Origin: Squalus acanthias
Lineage: Eukaryota
NCBI GenBank assembly: GCA_030390025.1
Contig: JASTWF010000364.1
Span: 248,001 to 312,000, forward strand
DNA: 64,000 nt
Direction: 5' to 3'
Shown here: one piece after another, positions 36,901 to 49,136 of the stretch
How the letters are laid out: every line of letters starts with the position of its first letter
Numbering within the stretch: the stretch's first letter is position 1
Translations under genes and position numbers: made by a program
Notes under the pieces: generated by a model
What the model was told of the DNA's origin: nothing
Databases searched by the model: none
The model's input: only the letters and a program-made list of their open reading frames with translations

Positions 36901-37360
36901 GGAGAGGGGAGAGGGGGAGGGGGAGGAGGAGGGGAGGCAGAGGAGGAGGGGGAGGGGGAGGGGCAGGAGGAGGAGGAGGCGGAGGAGGAGGCGGAGGCAG
37001 GGGAGGAGGAGGAGGGGGAGGGGGTGGGGGAGGGGCAGGAGGCGGAGGAGGAGGAGGCGGAGGAGGAGGCAGAGGCAGGGGGAGGAGGAGGAGGGGGAGG
37101 GGGAGGGGGTGGAGGAGGAGGGGGGAGAGGGGAGAGGGGAGGGGGAGGGGGAGGGGGAGGGGGAGGAGGGGGAGGGGCAGGAGGCGGAGGAGGAGGAGGC
37201 GGAGGAGGAGGCAGAGGCAGGGGGAGGAGGAGGAGGGGGAGGGGGAGGAGGAGGAGGGGAGGAGGAGGCAGAGGCAGGGGGAGGAGGGGGAGGGGGAGGA
37301 GGAGGAGGGGAGGAGGAGGAGGGGGAGGGGAGGAGGAGGAGGCGGAGCAGGAGGCGGAGC
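33930..37360. repeat. 3.4-kb polypurine G/A tract including pure (GGA)n at ~34052-34148
   Basis: Almost exclusively G and A on the + strand, with many G3-G10 runs. Confidence 0.95.
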
Positions 37361-37389
37361 TATCTCCAACAAATTCAACAACAAACCAG

Positions 37390-40300
37390 GAGTGAGGTCA
37401 TAGGACAGCAGGCGGGTGATTGGTCGGCAAGTATTAATGTTTTTTTCTCTAAGCTGGGACAGTGGTTCAAACTCAGCGGCAAACTAAAACGTACTTTATT
37501 AAATTAATAACTCAACTAGATAAACTAATTTATACAACTATAAATAATCGTTTGAATAAAGACTTTAAGAGCGAGAGGAGCAGGTGGAGATAAAGGTTGG
37601 CCCGAGAGCGTCAGGGAGCGAGGTCAAAAAATCTAAAGTGACGTCAGCACAAGGGAAGGAGCTGATTGGTGAGTGCTTTATTAAAGTTAAGTTTATTTCT
37701 GTTGTTAGTTAATAATATATTAAATAGAGGCATGGCAGGGCACCTCAGCCCCATAGAATGTACATCCTGTGCCATGTGGGGACTCCAGGACACTTCCCAC
37801 GTCCTGGACAAACACATGTGCAGGAAGTGTCGTCAGCTGGAGGAGCTCACGCTCTGGGTTTTGGAGCTTGAGCAGCAGCTGGCTTCACTGTGGGGCATCC
37901 GCGAGGCTGAGAGACGTGGATAGCACGTTTCGGGAGGTGGTCACCCCGCAGCTTAAGAGAGTGCAGGCAGAGAGGGAATGGGTGACCGTCAGACAGAAGA
38001 GGAGGACCAGGCAGGTAGTGCAGGAGTCCCCTGAGTGCATCTCGCTCTCCAAGCAGTATTCTGTTCTGAGTACTGGTAACGCCGATGGTTCCTCTGGGGA
38101 GAGCAGCCAGAGTCAAGTCCACGGCACCACTGGAGGCTCAGCTGCACAGGGAGGGAGGAGGAAGATCAGGAAGGCAATAGTGGTAGGGGATTTGATAGGT
38201 AGGGGAACAGACAGGCGTGTCTGTGGCCGCAGACATTATTCCAGGATGGTATGTTGTCTCCCTGGTGCCAGGGTCAAGGATGTCACTGAGCGGCTGCAGA
38301 AGATTATGGGGGAAGGGTGAACAGCCAGAGATCGTGGTCCATATCGGTACCAACAACATAAACAGAAAGAGGGATGAGGTCCTGCAGGCAGAGTTTAGGG
38401 AGCTAGGAAAGAGATTAAAAAGCAGGACCTCAAAGATAGTAATCTCCGGTGCCACGAGCTAGTGAGTACAGGAATAGGAGGATAGAGCAGATGAATGCGC
38501 GGCTGGGGAGATGGTGCAGGAGGGAGGGCTTCAGATTCCTGGGGGAGGTGGGACCTGTACAAGTCGGATGGGTTGCACCTCAACAGGACCAAGACCAATG
38601 TCCTCGTCGGGGGGTTGCCAGTGCTGGTGGGGAGGGTTTAAGCTAATTTGGCAGGGGGATGGGCATCAGGATGTAGCATTGGTAAGGAGAAACAAAGGGC
38701 ACAAAGGATTGGGAGAGACAGACAGCACGAGAGTAAGAAATAGTACGGTATTAGGTGGGGTCAGACTAAGAGAGAATACAAGAAGGTCTAAGCTAGGTTT
38801 ACAGTACATGTGTGTGAATGCACGAAGCGTGGTAAATAAGGTTGGTGAGCTGCAGGTGCAAATAGCCACATGGGAATATGATGTCGTGATGATAACGGAG
38901 TCCTAGCTCAAAAAAGGGCAGGATTGGGTTTTAAATTTTCTTGGATATAAGGTGTTCAGGATAGATAGGGAAGGAAAGAAAGGAGCTGGAGTGGCAGTAT
39001 TGATTAAGGAGAATGTTACAGTGCTGGAGAGAGAGGATGTCCTGGTGGGGTCAAGGACAGAATCTATTTGGTTAGAATTAAGAAATAATAGAGGTGCCAT
39101 TACACTACTAGGTGTATTCTATAGACCACCAAATAGTGGGAAAGATATGGAGGAGCAAATTTGCAGGGAAGTTACAGAGAGGTGCAAGAACTATAGAGTA
39201 GTAATAATGGGAGACTTCAACTATCCTAATATAGACTGGGATAGTAATAGTGTAAGGGGCAGAGAAGGGGAAGAATTTCTGAAGTGTGTTCAGGAGAACT
39301 TTCTTGATCAGTACGTTTCCGGCCCGACGAAGGAGGAGGCATTGCTGGATCTGGTTCTGGGGAATGAGGTGGGTCAAGTGGAGCAAGTGAAAGTAGGGGA
39401 ACATTTAGGGAACAGTGATCATAGCATCATTAGATTGCTCCCTGTCCTTTTCCATAGCTAATCTAAATCTTGAGTAAAAATACTTAATTGGAGGAAGGCA
39501 AATTTCAGTGGGTTGAGAACGGATCTGGCCCGGGTAAATTGGAATCAAAGATTGGCAGGCAAAACTGTAATCAAACAATGGGCTGCCTTTAAAGAGGAGA
39601 TGGTTCGGGTACAGTCGAGGTACATTCCCATGAGGGGGAAAGGTAGGGCAACTGAAGTCAGAGCTCCCTGGATAACGAAAGAGATAGAGAGTAAGATGAA
39701 GCAGAAAAGGGGGCGTATGACAGATGTCAGGTTGAGAATACAAGTGAGAACCAGGCTGAATATAGAAAGTTCAGAGGGGAAGTGAAAAAGGAAATAAGAG
39801 GGGTGAAGAGATAATATATGAGAATAGAATGGCAGCTGACATAAAAGGAAATCCAAAAGTCTTCTATAGGCATATAAATAGTAAATGGGTAGTAAGAGGA
39901 GGGGGTGGGGCCGATTAGGGACCAAAATGGAGATCTGCACATGGAGGCAGAGGGCATGGCTGAGGTACGAAATGAGTACTTTGCATCTGTCTTCACCAAG
40001 GAAGAAGATGCTGCCCAAGTCATAATGAAAGAGGTAGAGGAGATACTGGATGAGATAAACATTGATAGAGGAGGTACTAGAAAGGCTGGCTGTACTTAAA
40101 GTAGATAAGTCACCAGGACCGGATGAGATGCATCCTAGGATGCTGAGGGAAGTAAAGGTGGAAATCGCGGAGGTACTGGCCATAATCTTCCAATCCTCCT
40201 TGGATACGGGGGTGGTGCCAGAGGACTGGAGAATTGCAAATGTTACACCCTTGTTCAAAAAAGGCTACAAGGATAAACCCAGCAACTACAGGCCAGTCAG

Positions 40301-41130
40301 TTTAACCTCGGTAGTGGGGAAGCTTTTAGAAACAGTAATCAGGGACAAAATTAAGTCACTTGGACAAGTGCGGATTAATTAAGGAAAGCCAGCACGGATT
40401 TGTTAAAGGCAAATCGTGTTTTACTAACTTGATCGAGTTTTTTGATGGCAGATGAAATTTAACACAGAAAAGTGCGAAGTGATACATTTTGGTAGGAAGA
40501 ACAAGGAGAGGCAATATAAACTAAAGGGTACAATCCTAAGGGGGTGCATGAACAGAGAGACCGGGGGGTATATGGGCACAAATCATCGAAGGTGGCAGGG
40601 CAGGTTGAGAAGATTTACAAGAATGGTTCCAGGGATGAGGAACTTCAGTTACGTGGATAGACTGGAGAAGCTGGGGTTGTTCCCATTGGCGGAAGGGTCG
40701 AGAACCAGAGGATACAGATTTAAGGTGATTGGCAAAAGAACCAAAGGCAACATGAGGAAAAACTTCATGATGCAGCGAGTGGTTAGGATCTGGAATTCAC
40801 TGCCTGAAAGGGTGGTGGAGGCAGATTCAATCGTGGCTTTCGATGCTTCTATATCAAGGGATATGGGGAGAAAGCAGGGACAGGGTACTGAATTTGGATG
40901 ATCAGCCATGATCTCATTAAATGGTGGAGCAGGCTCGAGGGGCCGAATGGCCTACTCCTGCTCCTATCTTCTATGCTTCTAAGGGAATTGGATAAGTCCC
41001 TGAAGGAAAGAAATTTACAGGGCTATGGGGAAGGGGCAGGGGAGTGGGACTAGCTGAAGTGCTCGAGCAGAGAGCTGGCACGGGCTCAACGGGCCGAATG
41101 GCCTCCTTCTGTGCTGTAACCGTTCTATGA
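37390..41130 (+). mobile_element. Internally deleted CR1 LINE: 5' UTR, ORF1 (zinc finger/leucine zipper and SGNH esterase), ORF2 APE endonuclease and partial RT, 3' tail; a short second CR1 tail sits inside at ~40850-40978
   Basis: ORF1 from ATG 37732 CTSC..CRKC..LELEQQL; IVVGD, CCLPGARVKDV, VVHIGTNN; APE NARS, ITE, YRPPNS, MGDFN, LLDLV, SDH; RT DKSPGPDEMHPR..NYRPVSLTSVVGK; RT core lost at ~40445; stops and frameshifts. Confidence 0.88.
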
Positions 41131-41296
41131 TTTTTCCCGATCTGCTCCGTTAGGGCAGAATGTTCATGGGGAGGGGGGTTGGGGAGGGGAGAGGGGTGAG
41201 GCCCTAAAACCTCCTTCGGGAACCTGTGCCTCACGACTTGAGCCACCTCTGGGAGATTCCCTGGCCGGCCTCTCGCGTTCTACCCTCCGTAAACTT

Positions 41297-42190
41297 CATA
41301 GAAACATAGAAAATAGGTACAGGAGTAGACCATTCGGTCCTTCGAGCCTGCACCGCCATTCAATGCATTCATGGCTGAACATGCTACCTCAGTACCCCAT
41401 TCCTGCTTTCTCGCCATACCCCTTGATCCCCCTAGTTGTGAGTGTTATATCTAACTCCCTTTTGAATATATTTAGCGAACTGGCCTCAACAACCTTCTGT
41501 GGAAGAGAATTCTGGGTGAAGAAGTTCCTCCTCAGCTCAGTCCTAAATGGCTTCCCCTTAATCCTTAGACTGTGACCCCTGGTTCTAGTTTTCCCTAACA
41601 TTGGGAACATTCTGCCCGCATCTAATTTGTCTAAACCAGTCAGGATTTTAAATGTCTCTATAAGATCCCCCCTCATTCTTCTGAACTCCAGAGGATACAA
41701 GTTCAGTTGACCCAATCTTTCTTGATATGTCAGTCTGGCCATCCCAGGAATCAATCTGGTGAACCTTCGCTGCACTCCCTCAATAGCAAGAATGTCCTTC
41801 CTTAAGTTAGGAGACCAAAACTGCGCACAATACTCCAGGTGTGGCCTCACCAAGGCCCTGTACAACTGCAGCATCACCTCCCTACTCCTGTACTCAAATC
41901 CCCTTACTATGAAGGCCATCATTCCGTTTGCTTTCTTGACTGCCTGCTGCACTTGCATTCCCACCTTCAGTGACTGATGTACCATGACGCCCAGGTCTCA
42001 TTGCACCTCCCCTTTCCCTAATCTGCCACCATTCAGGTAATAGTCCGCCTCTCTATTTTTACCACCAAAGTGGATAACCTCACATTTATCCACATTGTAC
42101 TTCATCTGCCATACATTTGCCCATTCACCCAACCTGTCCAAGTCACTCTGTAGCCTCCTAGCATCCTCCTCATTGTTCACACTGCCTCCC
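41297..42190 (-). mobile_element. 5'-truncated CR1 LINE
   Basis: WQMKYNVDKCEVIHFG..LYRALVRPHLEYCAQFWSP..TRGHSLRI; TTTCTATG tail repeats. Confidence 0.9.
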
Positions 42191-42199
42191 AAACTCTGC

Positions 42200-42467
42200 T
42201 GCCTGTGTCCTAAATCGCACCGAGTCCCGTTCACCCATCACCCCTGTGCTCGCTGACCTACACTGGCTCCCGGTCCACCAACACCTCGATTTCAAAATTC
42301 TCATCCTTGTTTTCAAATCCCTCCATGGCCTCGCCCCTCCCTATCTCTGTAACCTCCCCCAGCCCCACAGCCCCTCCGAGATCTCTGCGCTCCTCCAATT
42401 CTGGCCTCCGGAGCATCCCCAATTTTCATCGCTCCACCATTGGCGGCCGTGCCTTCAGCTGCCTAGG
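42200..42467 (+). mobile_element. L2 LINE ORF2 C-terminal fragment
   Basis: PITPVLADLHWLPVHQHLDFKILILVFKSLHGLAPPYL. Confidence 0.8.
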
Positions 42468-43716
42468 CAACTAAAACAAACCCAGGGTGCTGGGGGAGCA
42501 GCGGGTCCCGCTCCTGGGCCTGGCTGTCACCCCCAACCACAGGTCCAGGGTGCGTGGGGTCCATCGAGAGGTCTCGCTGACTCCTTGCTGATCCTCCACG
42601 GCCTCAGGGACAGGGGCTTACGCGGTGCCCAGGGGTATGACTGATGCCTTCCCTACCCGGCAGGGGATGCTGGGTACAAGGCTTTCGATAGATTGAGAAA
42701 AAAGGAGGATAACCCAGGAAGTAGCATTTAAGGGCGTGTCAGAGACTGATGGTTGCAGTGGAAGAGGAATTCTTAGGTCCCCGTAGAGAGAGAGAGAGAG
42801 AGAGAGAATGAATGAATGACAGACAAAAAGATAGATAGACAGAAAACACAAGACAGAGACAGAGGGCTCGATTTTAATAGCCCTGAGGGGGCGGGTCTGT
42901 AGCGAAATTTGGAAAAAATGGCTTCAGACACCCAGCCCACCCCCACCCGATTTTCGAGAGTGTCTGTTCAGCTGTTCCCAAACTGACCCGACTCCAACCG
43001 ATGCGACAGGTAGTTAAGAGCCTGTTAACAGCCTTGCTAATCCTATTTTGATAGTGGTTTCCCATTTTCGTGCTTCTGTCTCCTGTTTTCCGACTTGTCA
43101 AACACACCAGCTGCAAGGAGCCGAGTTTCTCGTGGACATGATTTGGAGCCATTGGTGCAGCACTTTAAAAGCGCTTCTGTAACATGGCGGACATTCAAAT
43201 GCAACAACTTTGTTGTTGGAGGTTTGGGATAAGATTTTGCAAATCTACTGACCTTGACTGTTCAAGCTGACACCCATCTGCAGTGTAACCTGATTGGAAT
43301 AATTTCAGGCCACTGAGTGTGCGCTTGCAAGCTTCTTGCCTCAACTGAAATCTGTAGCAATGGGATGGGAACCATTTACATCCTCGCATCCTGGTCCTCG
43401 GATTCGGAGGAAGAGCAGCTGCGCCAGCACCAGGAGCGCCAACCTCCTCCTCACCCACCTGATGCTGCACAGGGCAGAGGGCCTCAGCGCAGGGCTGCAC
43501 CTCGCCGCGGGAGATACCCCCAACACAGGGTTTACAGGCCGAGGATCAGCTTCCTCAGCATGACTGAGCAGCAGTGCCAAAAGGAGGCTGAGACTTGAGA
43601 GACGTCGTCTCTGACATCTGCACAATGCTACAGCAACACCTGGAGCCCAGAGTGGGTGGACACCCCTTACCAGTGGCCGTCAAAGTCACCACCGCACTCA
43701 ACTTCATTGCTTTGGG

Positions 43717-44347
43717 CAGAGTACTTTAAACAGAGCGGGAGCAGAGAGCCAGAGAGGCAGAGTACTTTAAACAGAGGGAGCGGAGAGCCAGAGTGACAGA
43801 GTACTTTAAACAGAGCGAGAGCAGAGAGCCAGAGTGACAGAGTACTTTAAACAGAGGGAGCGGAGAGCCAGAGAGCCAGAGCGACAGAGTACTTTAAACA
43901 GAGCGGGAGCAGAGAGCCATAGCGTCAGAGTACTTTAAACAGAGTGGGAGAGGAGTGCCAGAGAGACAGAGTACTTTAAACAGAGCGGGGAGCCAGAGTG
44001 ACAGAGTACTTTAAACAGAGCGGGAGTGGAGAGCCAGAGAGACAGAGTACTTTAAACAGAGCGGGAGCAGAGAGCCAGAGAGACAGAGTACTTTAAACAG
44101 AGCGGGAGCAGAGAGCCAGAGAGCCAGAGTACTTTAAACAGAGCGGGAGCAGAGAGCCAGAGTGACAGAGTACTGTAAACAGTGCGGGAGCGGAGAGCCA
44201 GAGTGACAGAGTACTTTAAACAGAGCGGGAGAGGAGAGCCAGAGTAACAGAATACTTTAAACAGAGGGTGAGTGGAGAGCCAGAGTGACAGAGTACTTTA
44301 AACAGAGCGAGAGCAGAGAGCCAGAGTGACAGAATACTTTAAACAGC
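43717..44347 (+). repeat. ~41-bp tandem array (CAGAGTACTTTAAACAGAGCGGGAGCAGAGAGCCAGAGTGA), ~16 copies, at the CR1 5' end
   Basis: GTACTTTAAA core recurring every 35-47 nt. Confidence 0.9.
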
Positions 44348-45478
44348 GAGGACCTAATTGGAGACACCAGCGGCGGGACCTTCCACCATTTCCAAGAAAT
44401 AAGGTGACACGTCACAAGGCAGCAGTACAGTCTGAGTGAGCGGACCTGCGGGAGAAACGGAGTCGGAGACCGGGGATAAAGGCAGCGCTGAGCAGAGGCC
44501 TGGGAGCCTGAGTGAGCGGACTACCTGCGAGGGAGACAGTCGGCAAGCGACACAATGAAGGAGTGACGTCAGAATTCAAAGGTGTCGCTGGCACAAGTGA
44601 GCTGAGAGGTGAGTATCGGGTGAGTATTTGTGGTAAGTTTTGTTTTGTTCTGTTTTGAGTATATTGAGGGTCCCGGTGCAGAGAAATCTAGAATGCTGAA
44701 GAGAAAAGACAAGGAAGCAGTGCAGGAAAGTGATTGGGGTAAGGATAACCAGATAGTGTCAGGAAGGGACAGAGCGTACAAACAAAGGAGTGCACTAACA
44801 AATAGGGTCCGGGTAAGAAAAAATGGTAATACGACAAATCGGGCCATAGTACAAAAAGATGTTAAGATATCTAAAAATGTTAAAAAGACAAATCTAAAGG
44901 CACTGTATCTGAATGCATGAAGCATTCGTAATAAGGTAGATGAATTAACAGCGCAAATAGATGTAAACGGATACGATATAATTGCGATTACGGAGACATG
45001 GCTGCAGGGTGACCAAGGCTGGGAGCTGAATCTCCAAGGATATTCGATATTTAGGAAGGACAGGCAGAAAGGAAAAGGAGGTGGGGTGGCGTTGTTAGTA
45101 AGGGATGAAATCAGAGCAATAGTGAGAAAGGATATTGGCTCAGAAATATCAAGATGTAGAATCAGTCTGGGTGGAGCCAAGAAGCACCAAGGGGCAGAAA
45201 ACATTGGTGGGAGTTGTCTATAGGCCTCCAAACAGTAGTGGTAATGTAGGGGACGGCATAAAACAGGAAATTAGAGATTCATGTAACAAGGGTACTACAG
45301 TAATCATGGGTGACTTTAATCTACATATAGACTGGCCAAACCAAATTAGCAATAATACTGTGGAGGATGAATTCCTGGAGTGTGTACGAGATGTTTTTTA
45401 GACCAGTACGTTGAGGAGCCAACTAGGGAACAGGCTATCCTAGATTGGGTATTGTGCAATGAGAAGGGGTTAATTAAT

Positions 45479-48400
45479 GGAAGACGACCAGGGGCGAGGA
45501 CGAGGCCCAGGGTGGACCAGCAGCGGGGTCGGGAGGACCACACTGCAGCCTATGAAATCCAGGCAGAGAGGACCTGCGGGAAGGAGGGAGGAGGACAGTA
45601 GGAGTATGTTTGTGTGTGTGTGTGTGCTAGGCCGATGTAGCAGAGCCTGGTCTCCAATCATCTTGGATCCCCTTGCCATTGGACCAAGACCTTGCTCTGT
45701 CAAGCTCGTGTGGTAGCTGGTGGGAAACAGCCCCCCCACGTTAAAAGAATTCACGCACAGGCATCTTCCACCCTTTAAAATGAATTTCGGGACCTGGAAC
45801 GTCAGGACCCTCATGGACAACCCCAACAGCGACGCCGTACTGCTATCGTTGCCCGGGAGCTCAGACGTTGCCAGACATCGCCGCCCTAAGCGAGACCCAG
45901 CGGGCAGGGGAAGGCCAGCTCAAGGAGCAAGGCGGTGGTTACACCTTCTTCTGGAAAGGTGAACATGAAGAAGAACGGCGCCTCCATGGGGTGGGCTTCA
46001 CCATAAAAAATGAGCCAGTTGAAAGTCTCAGAGACTCCCCTTGTGGAATAAACGAACGCCTCATGACTCTATAGCTCACCCTAGCCTCAGGAGCAGATGG
46101 AATCCCCGCCGAGGCGCTAAAACATGGCGGAGAAGCACTACTGGCGCGAATACATGAACTCATTTCTCTTATTTGGAAGGAGGAGTGCATGCCAGGAGAT
46201 CTCAGAGACGCCGTAATCCTGACCATCTTCAAGAAAGGTGACAAGTCCGATTGCGGTAATTACAGAGGAGTTTCCCTGCTGTCTGCCACAGGGAAAGTCA
46301 TTGCAAGAATCCTCCTCAATCGCCTTCTCCCAGTGACTGAAGAGCTCCTCCCAGAGTCGCAATGCGGATTCCGCCCACTAAGGGGCACAATGGACATGAT
46401 CTTCACCGACGCGTCAACTACAAGAGAAATGCAGGGAACAGCACCAACCGCTGTACATGGCCTTCTTTGACCACACAAAGGCCATCGACACCATCAACTG
46501 TGAGGGATTACGGAGTGTCGTCCTCAAATTCAGCTGCCCTCAAAAGTTTGTCACCATCCTCCGCCTGCTTCACGACGACATGCAAGCTGTGATCCTGAGC
46601 AACGGATCCACCACAGAACCAATTCACATATGGACCGGGGTCAAGCAAGGCTGTGTCATCGCACCAACACGCGTCTCGATCTTCCTGGCTACAATGCTCC
46701 ATCTCACCCTCAGTAAGCTCCCCGCTGGAGTGGAGCTAATTTACAGAACAAACGGGAAACTGTTCAACCTCCGTCGCCTCCAGTCCAGATCCAAGGTCGT
46801 CCCATCCTCTGTCATCGAATTACAGTATGCAGACGACGCTTGCGTCTGCGCTCACTCGGAGGTCGAACTCCAAACCATCGTCAACACCTTCACCGAAGCG
46901 TACGAGCGCATGGGCCTTACACTAAGGGGGCGATTTTCTGACATCAGAGGAGGCGGGAAAGGCGGGAAAATCAGATTCAAAGAGGTCAGGTTCGGAACCC
47001 GCCTCCACGGGATTTTGCCGGTGCCGGTTTTGGAGGTCGGGAAACGCTCCCGCCTCCAGCTGGCCATTGTGCTATTAAAGATCCTTAAATGCTCGTTAAG
47101 GGCCTATCTAAGCCTATTTTGAGAGGCCCTCATGATTTTTCCAGCTTTTCGGCGTGATCCATGCACCTCCTGAACCACGCCAGGTAAACCTGGCGGGTTG
47201 ACTCGTGGGTGGTCTCCTCACTGCTGCAGGTCTAACAAGACATTGTTTATTGCAGTAAGGATTACTTGCAGGTGCCAGACCTTGGCTTTAAAAGGTCTCT
47301 GAGCACTTTTAGAAGGCCTTCCGAAGTCGGAGGTGCTGCAGCTTGACTCCATCAACTGTGGGACCTCCTTGGAAGACCCTCTCCCCGCTTGCAATGAGCG
47401 CTTCCCCAAAGGAGGCATCTACAAGCAGCATGGGAACCATTCGTTTTCTTTCTGCATGGACCTCAGATGAGGAGGAGGAGGTCAGAGCGCCGGTGTATTG
47501 ACCAGCGGCAGCACGCGAGCACATGGCTGCCCGGGATGCAAGGGATGAACTTATCATGGCCAGATTTGCATAGGTTGCTCAAGTTGGCACATGTCTTTTG
47601 CTCCATCCTAGGACATCATTGACAAAGGACATGACTCTCTGGCCTCCTTTCACTCAGGCCACCAACCTGACAACGCAAGTGTGGCGTTACCCACAATGTG
47701 GAGCTGCCTAAGGCGAAAGAACAGATGGCATAACGCCAACATTTTAGCTTCAAATCATTTTAATGCTTTCCAACAGGGATGGCATTTCATCAATACACAG
47801 AAACAGTCTCCCAATCTGCACACAGATCTGGAGGTTATATCCCTTGCCAGCTGTACCCTCACATCCTTGGTTTCTTTGGTAGGCCTTTTCCTCCGAGATG
47901 AGTGGAAGCGCACCTCCCTGCTAGCTCTCACCCCCTCAAACAACATTTGCAGCGCCTCATCTGAGAGCCTCAGGGAAGCCCTTGCCTTGGAATTGGACAG
48001 AGTGGTTTCTCAAAAGATGTTGGCGGTGGTGCAGGAGTCGCAGAAATGCTGTGGAATGAGCCAAGGGAGCAAGAAGTCATAAAATCAGACTGGAGGCGAG
48101 TTTCAGTCCCAAAACACTAATTGACCAAGGGCATCCCTCACCTCTGAAATCAAGTGGCCAATCAGGGGAAAATCGCAAATTTTTGAAACTTGTCAGTGGA
48201 GGCGGGTTTCAAACCCACTCAAACTGAAACCCGCCTCCAGTGGGAAAATCTGCCCCCTAAACATCCGTAAGACAAAGGTCCTCTACCAACCTGCCCCCGC
48301 CACACAGTACTGCTCCCCGATTATCAAAATCCATGACAAGGCCTTGGACAACGTGAACCACTTTCCATACCTCGGGAGCCTACTGTCAACAAGGGCAGAC

Positions 48401-49136
48401 GTCAATGACGAAGTCCAACACCGCCTTCAGTGTACCAGTGCAGCCTGAGGAAGAGAGTGTTTGAAGACCAGGATCTCAAACCCAGCACCAAGCTCATGGT
48501 CTACAGAGCAGTAGTGATTCCCGCCCTCCTGTATGCTTCAGAGACATGGATCATGTACAGCAGGCACCTCAAAGCACTGGAGAGGTACCACCAACGCTGC
48601 CTCCGCAAGATCCTGCAAATCCATTGGCAGGATAGGCGCACCAACGTCAGTGTTCTCGCTCAGACCAACATCCCCAGCATCGAAGCTTTGACCACGCTTG
48701 ATCAGCTCCGATGGACGGGTCACATCGTCCGCATGCCCGATACGAGACTCCCAAAACAAGCGCTCCAGCACGGCAAGAGAGCCCCAGGTGGGCAGAGGAA
48801 ATGCTTCAAGCACACCCTCAAAGCCTCCTTGAAAAAGTGCAACATCCCCACCGACACCTGGGAATCCCTGGCCCAAGACCGCACAAAGTGGAGGAGAAGC
48901 ATCTGGGAAGGCACCGAACACCTCGAGTCTCTTCGCCGGGAGCAAGCGGAAGCCAAGCGCAAACAGCAGAAGGAGCGCACATCAACCCAAGCACCCCACC
49001 CACCCGCCCCTTCAACCACCATCTGCCCCACCTGTGACAGAGACTGTAGGTCCCGCATTGGACTCAGTCACCTGAGAACTCATTTTTAGTGTGGAAGCGA
49101 GTCATCCTCGGTTCCAAGGGACTGCCTAAGAAGAAG
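45479..49136 (+). mobile_element. RTE-clade (BovB-like) LINE with 5' UTR and an internal deletion, inserted in the CR1 endonuclease region
   Basis: TSD AATTAAT at 45472-45478 and 49137-49143; MNFGTWNVRTL (ATG 45780), IAALSET, NYRGVSLLS, GVKQGCVIAP, QYADD, CCHH finger; (AAG)n tail; deletion junction ~46083. Confidence 0.92.
46926..48257 (+). mobile_element. Non-autonomous 1332-bp Harbinger element inserted in the RTE RT
   Basis: TSD TAA (46923-46925, 48258-48260); TIRs GGGGGCGATTTTC / rc GGGGGCAGATTTTC; empty site CTTACACTAAACATCC seen in the other RTE copy (~9160-9175); transposase ends at 47430-47573 (+), Myb remnant ~47820-47990 (-). Confidence 0.92.

Noticed and set aside
25596..37507. 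ORFs of 650-2300 aa (RE/RA, SL, poly-G/E/P)
   Set aside because: Simple repeats nearly lacking T on the + strand cannot encode stops; open in multiple frames.
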